NCBI GenBank assembly: GCA_973851085.1
Contig: OZ316776.1
Location: forward strand, 9,610,001 to 9,674,000
Reading direction: 5' to 3'
Source: Ptychomitrium polyphyllum
Taxonomy: Eukaryota
Length of the DNA stretch: 64,000 bases
Position 1 is the stretch's first letter. Every line of letters starts with the position of its first letter. The notes beneath the pieces are model-generated. The model had not been told where the DNA came from. It worked only from the letters and a program-made list of their open reading frames with translations, and made no database searches. The position numbers were made by a program, and so were the translations under genes. Below, piece after piece: positions 30,817-44,413 of this stretch.

Positions 30817-33800
30817 TAATGTAATACTGTCTTAGGCACTTGGATGGCTCCTAGAAGCGCCAGTTAGCATTTCACAAAACTCCTTCACCTACTTTACGTT
30901 GTCACGCACATTTATCTCGTCCTGTTAACTCTACCGTAACTCCCAGAGGAAATTCTCCTGTCTACTCATCCTCAAACACACGCCAAATGATTATATGTAC
31001 GGTCCGCATCACTTAATGCAGCATATTCAACCTCATAAATCATCCAGCATATCCACAGATGTGCAAGGCATGCCTTATGGACCGGCCATGTGAACTCTGA
31101 GCATGTGTACACCATACGCTGTGAAGTGAAAATCTTACTGCTGCTGAATTCTCTTCTTCACCTACTGGCTAGAATCCCCTTCACTGCTCCTTCGACTGTT
31201 CCTTCGGCCACTCCAATAGCCTGGAAATAGAAATTTGATCTAGAGGGAGACCTGAGAGCCGGTTCAGGTTGCCCTAGAAGGATTCGTTTGGGCGTTTCTC
31301 AGTCTATGCGCACCTTCTGGCAAACACAACGTCAACATGTGTTAGTCCAGACCCAGAGACTACTTGCGTTTACAACTTCCATAAGCTAACCAAACGGAAT
31401 TCAAAAAATTGCTGCAGACAGACAAATGCAGTAGGAGGGGAATGGAGAACACATTCCATCTGCCGCTGGGAAGAAATGAAGGCAATCAGCCAAAGTAAAA
31501 GCAGTAAAACAGACTCCCGCAACAGCATCATTAAAAAAGGTGTAAGCTAAAGAAAGGATGAATAAATCTCTTGCGAAGTTCCTACCCATGAATGCTCTAA
31601 ACGGCGAGGAATCAACGGCGACGAGAGACGATAACGTTCTCCGTGTTTCACAATTAGAAACACGTAATGCAAATACACAACTCAGCAATGGAACAACGGG
31701 GAGAGAGATCGACCGAGGAGCTACAAAGACTGTACCAACAGAATGTCGTTGTGAGAGAGGTCGAAGGTGGTGCATGTTAAGTCGCACCAAGAAATACTAG
31801 GAAATCTCTTCCGTTCTCCAGTTGGCTCAAAACTTCAGACCGAGAAAGGATCGCGCGAAGCCGCGTCATAAAGCAATCCTTCGAACGTTAATAATGCAGT
31901 TAGAAATTCAATTGCTCTTGCCGAGTGGAAAGAAGATGATTTAGAGGGCTGTCCGAGCTTTTAGGGAAATCAACGTATGCTAGGGGACAGAGCACGGCAC
32001 AGAAACGAGACAAGAATAGTAATAAAAAGCTCTACAACAAAGCGCGATTCTTACGGTGACCACACAGCACATCAACGGCGGGTATGTGAAGAGCGCAGAG
32101 GAAATTGGAGAATCTATTGACACGACCACCGACGCAAAATCCTCACTTCAATTTAAATACAACAAGTACCGTAGTTCTCTCCGTCATTATTGCATGACTG
32201 CTATGCCTGACATCAGGCACTAGAACATTCATTCAATCACGACATTCACTCACTGAACATCACTTAGACACTGGGTTGCATGACCAATACTCGCTCCGCC
32301 TCACAGTGTAAAGCTGTCATCACTTCGAGAATTACTCCTCAAATACTCACTCCAATGCGCCATTCACGAACACCTAAAATTAACACTAGAAAGGGACGAA
32401 GGAAAAAGACATTCTCCAGCTGACAACTTCTCCCGACACAAAGTCAATCAAACCACCCGAAATAGCACTTTGGCAAGAATAACAGAACCTTATAGTCCCA
32501 ATGAGCGGCGAAGGTCTCCAGAGCTTGACAACCACGACGATGACAAGTATCACTCAGCCCTTTCCGTCGAACTGTGCGCTTAATAAAACCTCACATACCA
32601 ATGTAATGTTCACCAACCTGGGCCAGGAAGCACCTTGAAGATGAAGAACCGCACGCCTAATCTACAAACTAAAACCAAAGACAAGGAGCACAAAACAGCT
32701 CTCCTTCAAGATACAGAGCTCGACAAACACAATGACAACAATAACAGCAATCACTGACTCTCGATCAATCCTTCAAAAACCAATGCACTGCACACTTCGC
32801 TTGCACATATGTGCCCATTCGTCTTCTCCTTTAATCAGAGAATTATCTATTAGGAGTGAAATTCAAAGTATCTCGAAGAGGAAGAAGTTTACACCTGCAA
32901 AAGAAACCTTTAAGTGATCGTTACCGGTACTGAAACAACAGTTCAGTCACTCACTCCCGATCATGCTTAACGCTTAAAGACTTCAAAAATCAACGCAATG
33001 CACACACAAAGCCGTGCGCAGAGAGGATTCAACTACTCCATCAATCAAAAGAGAAAGCGCTTTGTAGCGCTCACAACTGACGAACTTCAAACCGTCAATC
33101 AGACAATTCCCACACAGAGATGCCAACAGCCACTCCATCTCCACATACTTCCTGCATATAATCTCAGAAAACGAAATGCAACGCACACAAACCTTGCAGG
33201 ACAGCTCGGATTCTTTCCCCGTGCATCAACCAAAAGAGAGAGCACCGCAACGAGGAAGGAGAGCAAGCGTGCAAGGGCACCTGCAAAGCTTGAGACCTTG
33301 CAGCATAAATGTGTCAACACAGGAGCTTGGCAGGCGACATGGTTGCTCATCAGCTGGCTTCCGGCATCCTTTCCGTCACATATCCTGACGCTACTCCGTC
33401 GATACTATTGCAATACCACTTTAATACTATTTTGATACCCGGGCGGGTATCTTCACCGTGGAAAACCCGTCTGCGTTCCTCGTGTTGATTACCCCGACAG
33501 GAGAGCAGCCTCTTTCTATGATTGGACGAGTCCTCCGAGTGCGTCTCTCTCCGACCACGCGCTCTTGAAATGATCCGGCCTGGCCCCACTGTAACCTGGA
33601 AGGGGTAAGAAAAACAGTAACTCGAAGACTGGGACCAGGCGAGAGGGCAGGCTAGCTCGCATGGTTGCGTCAAGCTTCACGGGGTCCAAGTTTCACGTGA
33701 CTTCAGTTCTTACCCTGGGATGAATTTGCGAGCCCGACTTAGTAACGTTGCCTTTTATGGGACTTGGCTACTATTGCGGCTCTAGGATGCTCCTGAAAAG

Positions 33801-34759
33801 GTACTCGTCGGAAATGGAGAACGATGTTGCAGTATTTGGTGGCTTTGGTAGCTGTGCTAGGAAAGTAGGAAGTATCCAGAATGTTGTACAGTACCCCTGT
33901 GTACCGTTTTCGGGTTGGTAGTTTTTGCTGGGACTGTTTTTACAAGTTTTTTATTTTATTATTTTACGAACTGTATTGCTTTAATGGGTAATTGAACTGG
34001 ATCGATTGACTCTGGTTTTCGTCAAATTAACAGAATAATTCTGTGTGATGTTTTGGTGGTTTTTAGGGGGGTCAGTAATGACTGGGCAGTGTCCGAATGA
34101 TCGGTGTCATAGTTATTTCTGAGTGAACGTCACTGTTGTGTTTTTGCAACTAATCATGTGCATTTTGGTTCCTTTACAGCTGAATTTAGATCGTGTGGGG
34201 TCTTCTGTCACTGGATAACCCTCCACCATGATCAAGAGTTGAAACAGTACTCCACTTCTTTTAAGTGTTATATGTGCTATATGTTGTTAGATGTTATTAT
34301 TGTTAGTAAATTAGACCCTTTTTTCACTCAACCAGTCACCTATGATTTCAGTTCCTTCTTCGTTTCATGTATGTTTATGATTGGAGCATTTATTCATCCA
34401 TATTTGACCAATTCATCTCAAACCTACAGTTGAAAGTATTCTCATTACAAATTAAGAGATAAACTTCACATCTTTGGATGAAAAGAAGGTTGAGTTTACA
34501 ACTGATTATACTATCCCCAATTGCAATATGTTGCAAGATGCTTTGCTATAGAAGTGATATGAGGTCATTTGGCTAGATACTATAGTTATAGATATTATTA
34601 TAATTATAATTATAATATTTTGTGTAAAGGAATTCAAAATGGAGGACTCCATTATTTATTTCATTTCCACCCTAAAATCCCTCCAACTACCCTTGAACTT
34701 GACCTTCCAGGGAAGAGAGGGGTAGAAGAGGAACTGTCTTAGTCTTGCACTGTATTCCT

Positions 34760-35660
34760 TATGGTGGATCCAAGTTTTGATTCAAACCAGCATTTGCTTT
34801 TCACTTGAAGAGTTTTCAATCATGAGCAAAAGCCCATCCACGGAGCTTTTGATCCAGCTTGCACGACAAGGTGGAATTAAAAACATTTGTCAATTGATCA
34901 TCTGGGGATGCATGTGAACAACACTTCACTGTTTGGCCCCAGCCAGCAGCATTATGAAGCAACCAGTAGCTGTAAAGGTGGAGAATAAGGAGGGAGTCTC
35001 ATGGTCGTTGTAAATGAAACGTCTTTTCTCGCGAGTTGTTGAAGATTTAAAAGTTTCACAGAGTTTACGTCACCACATACACAACAATTCAACTTATTAC
35101 GTTCTGAACGTTCGCCTTTCAAAAATTTAGTTCATTAGTTTATGGATCAAGTGTCCAGCAATTGACAGCACTTCTCCTTTGTAGTTTAAGACATACTAAT
35201 TGTTATTAAGATGGTTGCACCTCAAGATATTTTTGTCAAGTATATTTGTGGACATTCTCTTACATGAGTAGAACCAGACTCTTTTGGTAAAAGTGTTTAA
35301 TTATTTACTCAAGCTTGTAACTTTTTGTAGAAGGCAGTGTAACTTGGATTAAAGAGGATAAGTGGTCTATTGTTCTGGCCATCCAAGTCCAGCAATCCTA
35401 CTCATAGATGACTTTCACTATCTTTGTAGATCAATAATACACAGAAAATCAAATTACTTTTTGGAGGTGAATCATCATGTTTCTGAACTTGACTTCTCTA
35501 GGTACCATGTTCATTGAAGACACTCCCTCTTCACAATCTTTGCACAGAAAGTGAACAGTCTCTCTAAATCCCTTTTATTTATGCTTAAGCCAGCAGTACT
35601 TTGCAGGATCCCGGCTGTCCTCCAGATGAACCTCAGCAGAAACGTGAGAATGTTGTGCAG
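34760..35660 (+). mobile_element. Possible highly decayed hAT-like transposase relic
   Basis: FDPACTTRWN* at ~34850-34880 resembles the hAT D..TRWNS motif; a weak QQYFA/IPA match near 35590-35620. Many stops. Confidence 0.3.
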
Positions 35661-37129
35661 CACGTGTTTGGTCGCACGGTATGAAGCCATATTGTTACTG
35701 TCCAGTAAATGGTAAATTAGTATTGTGCATTACTGTAGTGTACACGTGTCAATGTGTAAGAGGATTATAACTTGGTCTAAGAATTCTCCACTGTGGAGCC
35801 TCATCCAACGTTCTCCAGAGCTTGGGCATTATGAATTAGGCCTCTGAGATTTGACACATAACTAATTATACAATTTTTGGGTGATGGTGCCATATGCATA
35901 AATCCGGTTTAAAATGCTTTAGTTTCTGTAGGCAAGATAAATAATTCACCAAGTATGTCTATAAAGTCCTTAAATATGAATAGCAATTAATGTTTTTGCT
36001 CTTGATTTGAAAAAAAAGTTGGCATGAAAGTTTGTAGTCTTGATTAAAAGAAGTTACTAGAGGTGGTACTACTAGCCAAAAGGTAATGTAGCATTATCTT
36101 TTTCGAAATTTTTCTTTAAAATATTTTATAGTGCAAAAAAAGAGTAACAATTTGCTAACCTTGTTGGATAGGGTGCAAAAAACTAACGTCTTCTAATACA
36201 CTTTTAGATGTAAACTTTATAAAAAAGAATCTATTGTTTTATATTTCAAGAAGAAAAGATGATCTTTGTATTGACTACTAGACTTGAGATTATATAAAAA
36301 TTAGGTTTACAAAAAATTGCATGTAAATTGAAAATATTTAAAAATTTGTTTTTCTGCAAAAAAAATTATTAAAAATACTAATTCCTTCTATTCAATCTAA
36401 AATTTGATGTAGAAATAACTAATATGATCCTCTGTGTCAGGATAAAAGCCATTCAACTTATGGAATTCAAAAATTTGACTTCAAAAAAAGGCAAATTTTG
36501 TTGACAAAACTTTAAATCCTTCATTTCAAATACTATATTAGTATGACTTTAAAAACATGCAATCAAATTTGCAAAAAAAATCCACACATTGTCTTAGTAG
36601 GCTAATTGAAGATCTTACAATTAAAGGTTAAAGACAATCATTTCTTCTTGTTCCTCCTTCTTATATAAAAAATGGTAGATTTGGGTTAATCTTATGAAAA
36701 ATAGTCAAGGAACTTCAAAAACAGTCAAACGTATTCAAATTCTTCAGTTCTTATTAACACAATCCAGTTAATCAAATTGTACTTGATAACAACAACAACC
36801 ATATGATTTTTTTTTTAAATCACAATTATAGTTGCTACACTGTAAGATCATATTAAATTAATAATAAGTACTATGCCTATTATTCAACATCTCCAAATAC
36901 ATCATATCCATTCAACCAAGCCAAAAAAAAAAATGGCAATCCTAATAATAGGTTGTATATGAAGCCTCTTCTCCCATTGCACCCTAGCTCCAAGCCTACT
37001 CACAGTAGGTGAGAGTTTTGAGGTACCTCCCATTCAACTCAGCACACTGTGGAGCTGCACTAGGATATCATTGCTTTGCTTTGTGAATCATGGAAGTAGC
37101 GAGTACTGTGTACAGTATCTGTATTGTAG

Positions 37130-37630
37130 ACGACACTACACTATTGAGTTCACAACTTCTGTAGCAAAGGAAGCCACAGTAATAGCTTCTCCACCATTCG
37201 GTTGTGGTACCCAAAGTGTTGGCAAGCCTGGTCAGTCCGGGTGAGACACAATTTGTTTCTTGCTTGTCATTGCCTACTAAGCTCTTCAACATGCCTACAG
37301 TGGAGGTGTCATGGGTAAATGTTTGTGTATCCCAGCGTCTGTACAATACAATAATCTTCAACAACCCTGTATACGCTGTAGTGTTGTAGCATCCATGATT
37401 CTAACAAACTGTGACACCCTCGCCGCTGATACATGTCATGGTATTCATATCTTGCGAACCAGAAATGTGAAGCCATGGGGGTGATTTCTGACAGCATGGC
37501 TAGAGGTTTCATTTGTGCGGAAAAGGAGAACAGAGCCACCGAATCCCAGGAACAACACAACATTCATACCACTGTGGAGTGTAGAGGATGTGTTCCAAGA
37601 TTCTTAATATGTTCTTCACTTTGGTCTTAA
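37130..37630 (-). mobile_element. Decayed hAT-family transposase fragment (C-terminal dimerisation region)
   Basis: Minus-strand fragments in hAT order: VKNILRILEHI, MASHFWFARYEY (compare AAxFLNPxxxY), TTEWWRSY followed after a frameshift by LPLLQKL (compare EWWxxYG...PxLQKLA). Confidence 0.5.
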
Positions 37631-37699
37631 GGCGTTTTGGTATTATGTTCGACTCCTAATGGACCATGACTTGTAACAGCCTCTGAAGCAATATTGTTT

Positions 37700-40600
37700 T
37701 GGACTGTTCCAGGTGTAAATGCAAGTGAAATTTGGAACTTTTTACAATACAATCTTAAAGCAGGATTGTTATAAGCAAATGTGATTAGATTTGGAGTCAT
37801 TAGGCCACGGAGATTGGCGAAATCATATTACCTTAGTATCAAAAAACGGTTCAGAAATTTAGCTTATTGAAATTCTACTATTGGAACCACTGCAACAAGG
37901 AAAAAATTCAACTCAGAAGCCTTTTAACATTATCTATGAGAACAAGTTTAAATTATAGAACTTGTTCAAAAATAAATGTTATATGTAATTCAAAAATCAA
38001 TTAATCGTGGTTTATTTCTGATAACCATGTTCACTTGCTTTAAAGTTTTAATTTTAGATGTTGCTACTTTAAGGTTGATCCAATGCAATTAATAAATTAT
38101 GTTACAAAACAAAACATGGTTGGTATTCTAAATTTCTATATTTCAAAATAAATAAACACAAGATGTGATATTTAATGATTTGGATTACTGTACTACCATG
38201 TAATCTTTTCTTCTATTTGTTACCGGGCTATTGGATGTTGTACCCAGTATTATTGGACTTTCTCTACCAATCTTCTCCTATCGGTACTATCAAACATTCT
38301 CCAATAGTAACTACCAGATGATAGTAGTATTTTATTAGTTCAAACAAACAAATGTAGATTGATTTTTGTAGGATCTTAAATCTAGTATTTAAACCCTCAA
38401 CCAAAAAAATTGAGGATGTGTTGTATATTGTTTTCTCTATGAAATAAGTTATACACTCCATTCTCTGATCCTCTCATTAGTTTCATTTTAGAGTAATGTT
38501 TCTATGTATGTTCTTCCATTCTAGCAAATTCTATAGTATTTTATAATTTGATCTTTAATACTACTATGCCTCTTCCATTCAATAGTATCAATTATAAACT
38601 TGTGTAGATTACTTTTTCTAGATTTGGACTCTCCAATAAAAAACTATTGAGTCTCATAATACTTAATAATTACCAATTATAATACTGGTATAGCTGACCA
38701 TTTCTTCATAAGGATTTTCCAATAAAGAACTATTAACTCTTTGAAGTCTTTGATTACTTGGTAGTTATTGACCCTAACACTATTCAATGTGGATTAGAAG
38801 AAAAATAGGTTACTTTTCTCAATGCACATATACAAAAGTATGGATTATTTTTTAATATATGATTGTGGGTTTTTGAGCATGTCAATTTCCTTGAATTATT
38901 CAATTTTTAAGTGTAAATTCTTCATACAAGAAATTGCACACTACAATCCAAAAAGTAATTTTTGAGTTCCATTGCCATTTACATAAGAATGATCCAATGA
39001 ACAAAGATTTTCAATACAACAAAATCTATGCTTCTTCATGAACTACAAGTATACTAAAATTTAACTTTATATATGTAAAAATTCACGAAAATCATAGAAA
39101 GCTTTTTGAAATCTAATTTTTTAAAGAAAAATACAAGTTAAAAGAAAGAATAAAACATTGGATTTGCCATAAAGAATGCCCTTATGTACAAGATTCTACA
39201 AATAATACATGTTTTCTTATATACATACCAAAGTATCACAATTGTATAGCAAATTTTTGAAATTTTTTCTGGCATCGGAATTGTTTAAAAAAAATAGTTA
39301 GAATATGTTGCACAATACTTTTGAAACATTTTTGATGAAATATAAAGCTAGATTGGAAATTAAGCAGATCTTAATCAAAAACTTCAAAGCCAAGTTCAAA
39401 ATCAGTAGATCATAGTATGTGTTTAAAAATACATTATTCAATTTTTTTGTAAAGATTAATGGTCATTGCATTTTATTTGTATACATAGTTGTATTTCACT
39501 TTAGCAATTCAAACTTCGAATTTTCTTTTCTATGATTTTTATAAAGTGAAGTTTTTTCAATTAACATATCCATGTGGCATAATTGAAATCCTAAAGTGTT
39601 GGAATTTCTAATATGATGAGTAGATACTTGGAACTTAGGGAATAACATATATGGCTTCATGCTACTGTTTAATCTTTAAAAGAAAAACTTAATCAAAATT
39701 TCTTTTGCATTCATAAACCCTAGAAACCTTTTCAGACATGAAATATTGAAATTTTTTATGGTACTTAAACTTCCATGCATTTATTTCTTTAGCAGGACTT
39801 CAAATATCTTTTGAGTCCATATCTTTCATTTTAAAATTTCTTATTGTATGTAATTTTGAACCAAAAATGTGTCAATTTTTTAAGGCTTTGATGAAGATGA
39901 TTCTTGAATGATATATAACATCATTGTAAGGCATTTGGAGGTGCTTGAAGCTTGCAGGAAGATGCAATGAATTTGTTTGAATCATGGCATCCAAAGCAAG
40001 CATGCAAAATTGAGTCAATGAAGTGATCAACCTTAAAATCCATTTACTTCCAAATCATAATTAATTTTTGCTAACAATCTATTATTAGGATTGTGAAACA
40101 CCATATCTACAACTTGCATATTTGTTGTGTTGGATTTTGTTTATTAATGCTTATAATTTGGCTTTCCAAATGAAGACAATTCAAATCTACATACAATTTT
40201 TCTTATCATTGCTTATGATATTCTTCAATTGTACATAACATGCACCAGCATGAAACAATTTTTTCCGTTAATGTTATTATATATTCATTTTCTCATTTCA
40301 GTAATGAAATTCACATGTTCCAGTGACACTTTCATCCATATCTATTCACCAAACACTTTGGAAAATGATTATATATAAAAGTTGAAAAGAATGCGACTTA
40401 TTATGGAATGACGTCAAATTGTAAATCACATTTTTTAAATGGAGTTTCATTGATTTGAAGTATACCATATATTTTAGTTCAAAATTTTAAAGGCAAAATG
40501 AGATTAAATTCATTTATTGTCCCCCTGCTTCATTGAAACTTTCTATGTAGAAATCTTAGTGAAAAAGTAGTGAAGAAGTCATAAGTTCAATGTAGATTAG

Positions 40601-42500
40601 AAGAAAAAAAAAAGCAATAACTCCAAAGAAGTCATTGTAATTGAAATGTTTTTCTCCATGGCACCATAGTCCTCTTTTGAGTGAAACCAATTGAGAGTAT
40701 AGTAGTACATCAACTAGTATGGGAATTAGAACCTCTAAAATTGCATTCCAATAAAATTATTATTACAATATGTAAGTCCTACAAATTATTTTGTGGTATT
40801 ATATTAATCTAGCAAATTTATCACTATTTTAGTAGATTTTTAACAATTTCTTTAAATATACTTCCAAAAAAAACATCATATAAAATAGATTCTTCTATAT
40901 ATAATTTTTGAAAAATAAGTTTACAAAATTTATGTAATTAATTTTTAGAATTGCTAATATTTATTAGCAATAAACCCGCTTTGCTACTATATTCATAATA
41001 TCCTTTACCTAAAATGAAATAGCACCATGATCAACAATAATAAAATAACACACTCATATTTTTCTAAGTACTAAACTTTAATGAACACTGTATTTGATGG
41101 AGTATCTTGCTCAAATATTTTATTGTAATAGTGGTACATTATTGTGTTGTAAAAAAATTATAAAAGTAATAGAAAACATATAAACTCATCGCTGTTTTTC
41201 ATCCAAGACTTCAAAGTTTGTTTTTTTCTAAAAGAAAACCTTCAAAAAGTATTTTGATTATAGGTTTTAAGTGAGTTGGTCAAAAGTGGATAATGCCTTA
41301 TCATCTCAAAGCATATATGCTTCAATATGTACTTCAAAAATTTTAAAGCATAAGTGAGGTAAGGTGACATCACAAATGAATCTTTAGTAAGAGAAAGGTG
41401 AGGTCATACTCAACCCTAACATATTGGAGGTGTTCTTAGTTTTCTGATTGCATCCTTATATGGAAATTAAACCTTTGTTTCATCCAAAAGTTTCACTCAA
41501 ACGTTTCATCCAAAAGTTTCATCTCTTTGGTTAGCATACATGTTTGGATGTACATATCTTGAGGCACATGTTCTTCCACTAGAAAAGAAGAATCCTAATC
41601 CACTTTGATTATTTCCTGACCAAGTTGTTTATGGCCTTGCTCAGCCTAACGTTTAATAGCATTTAATAGGGCATAAATCTATCAAATTTAATAATTATGT
41701 TGGTATGAAGGTAATTTACTAAGTTTAAAATAAAATATATCATTGTTTCATCATCTTTATTATATTATACACCTTTCAAACTCATAGTATATTTAGTTTG
41801 GAAATTGTATCATATTAAAGGTTGTAGTATTTCAAACCCTATTTACTCTAAAAATTATAGAAAATGGAACTTGAAATCTAAATCGGTTAATAAATAAAAC
41901 CACTAAATTGCTTACTTAAGTCTCTTAATTTTTGATTTATTCATGAAGTGCTAACTTTGTCCTCTTCTTTATAAAAATAGTCAAATTCAGAATATAATAA
42001 TCCATTTTGGTCATGTGATAATTTGGTCACAAAAATAATGAAGCATATTATTTGGATACCATGTGAAAATTTATGAACATTCAAAATTGAAAATCTTAGG
42101 ATCAACCTCCTTTATTTTAGATGACTACCACACTTGCACTAATTCTTGGTCCCACATTAATGAAGAAAATCATTGTAGTAGAAAGGTGGTATTTGAAGAC
42201 ATACAAGATTCAACTCACTGTTTTTGTTGGTATACTTTAAAAAAATTACCACATGGTTGATTGTCCTTAAACAATCACCTTAAAAGATTACAACTATTCC
42301 TAAGAAGGATATATTTAGAAAAAAATACATCAACAAGAAAGAAGGTTTCACAATGAATATGAAATTTTGACAATTTTATTCCAAGCATTGAAATTAACAC
42401 AAATTTTTTAAAAGTGGGATGGACTTCAGGATCCAAAATTGTGGTATAGCTTGCTCTATGGCAAAACAAAGTGCTACCAAGTCTCCACACATGACAATAC
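37700..42500. other. Very AT-rich, gene-free tract, probably decayed non-autonomous TE sequence
   Basis: No credible ORFs; recurrent ccaata/ctattg motifs at 38225-38790; an 18-bp repeat tttcatccaaaagtttca twice at ~41478-41521. Confidence 0.4.
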
Positions 42501-44413
42501 CCTGAATTATCTCACCACATTATACTGCTGGGCGCGCCTCTGGTTGGTTTGCTCCTTTGAAGACTGTGTGTTTGATTCTTATATTTGGTGATTTTAGGAA
42601 AGTCTACAATGCACTTATGGGGGAGCTGGTGGTTTAAGGACAAACAACCATATTGTGTGTAAAGCTATAATCAGAATCATTGTGGGTAAAGCCAAGAGGA
42701 CAGAGCACAAAGCACAGTTTACACAGTTGGAATTATACAATTTGCTCAAGAGTCAAGAACCACACCTTGGTCCCTGCCTTTGCTTCACTAAGCAGTGTGC
42801 AAGTACCGTTGTTTCCCATCACTGCCCTTGTGCTACCATGTATACTTGCCGTACCCAGGAGTTTATCCAGCAGTTGAAAGGCATTTTTTTGTTGATGATA
42901 TGGTGCAGGCGTTGTGAGAATAGTACTCCTGTCAGAATTGCAATCTTTGAGAGAATAATGAACTAGTTCACACGTCAGTTGATCCCACTGGAGTCTGGAC
43001 CAGCAACACAGCAGTATGCTAAGTGCTCTGAGTTAGACCTGAGTGAGTGACTGTGAACATGCAGACAGGGGCCGAGTTGATGCTGGTCTTTTGCCTAGAA
43101 TTTTCTTGGATACCAAGGGGAATGATACCATTCTTTCTTGAGGTTGTAACAGAGTCAAATTGCAGGGTGGTTCAAAATACTCCTGAAAAGTAAAACAGAA
43201 AATTGATAAATTATGAAGGCGAAAAGCAAGAGTAGAATGGTTGTTTCACTGATTTGAACTGCTCATAACAAAAAACGAGCAATTAGTATTTTGAAGGATG
43301 AACCTAAGTTTTCAAAATAATTTGAATACTCGTCTATGCATTGACAAACTTGCTACAAGACTACGGTATTGTAGTTGAGGGTGAACACTTTGAAGATGAG
43401 TTACTATATTTAACCTACAAATGGAGGAGGGGTCTACCAACCATCCTGGCGGTTGGAATTGCACAATGGGGCCTCATCTCACCCTTGGAGTACTCACCCA
43501 ACTCCATCCGCTTCGTTTTTACAAGTGATTGCACCTAAGTACTGATTGGCACTGGATTTAAGAGTGTTAAGATTGGTGCTCAAGATAAGTTGTTGAGCAA
43601 GCATCTGGTTCATGGTTCAATTGTGGAGTACATTGTAGTGCTTGAGGGACAGCAGATATAACCAAGTTAACTGGACAGCACAAATCCTGCTCATTACAAG
43701 TTTCACAACCTCTCACATCTCATTGTGATCAATGAGATGTAACGGAGATGCTACTTTTCAATTGGTACTGGACAGTAAAGTTGGAATGAAGGGATTTAAA
43801 AAAAGAAAGAAGCATAATTTGACAGTGCAGTAAGTACCTGTTTGTGCAACTCTAGAACTTATGTCTATCTTGACTCTTGAGTTCTGCAGGTATACATATA
43901 AACAGACTCAGAAGCATGGGATACAAGTATAATACTAATCATACCCATGACAGCTATGTTTGAACAGGACTGCTCAAACATCTTGCTTCAAAAAGAACAG
44001 AACAGGGTTTGATGATAAAGTAGGGTTTAATGGATAGCAGTGAGGCCTATCAAGTGACAATTTCTTGCTTTGTTGACAGATTCCCAGAATTTTATAAATT
44101 ACTCACGTCTAACCTAAAGACAGTTCACAAGCCGGATGGGCAGGCAATAACGTTTTTTCAACATCCAACCAAACTTTAAAGGACTCAAAACTTGCAGGTT
44201 AGAGAACCACACATTGGAGCACTACATTGGCCTCGAAATTTGTGGGATTCATCAAAACATACACTGAGATGCGTAAAGCTGGCTACTAAAGAAGCAACAA
44301 AAAAGAACATCAGAAACAGTTAAGTAGCCAAGGTCCTTCCACTTTATAGAACATTGAAAAGCTCTATTACCTAAATATACAACAAAATCAGTGGACAAAT
44401 TTGAACTTGAAAT

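Noticed and set aside
31200..33700. ORFs upstream of the GT106 gene, and a G-box CACGTG at ~33694
   Set aside because: Probably 5'UTR introns and promoter; the ORFs show no homology cues and a single hexamer is not evidence of regulation.
42500..43740. Coding-like composition with ORFs at 42655 and 43341
   Set aside because: No family recognised and multiple stops; may be a decayed gene or TE but I cannot support a call.
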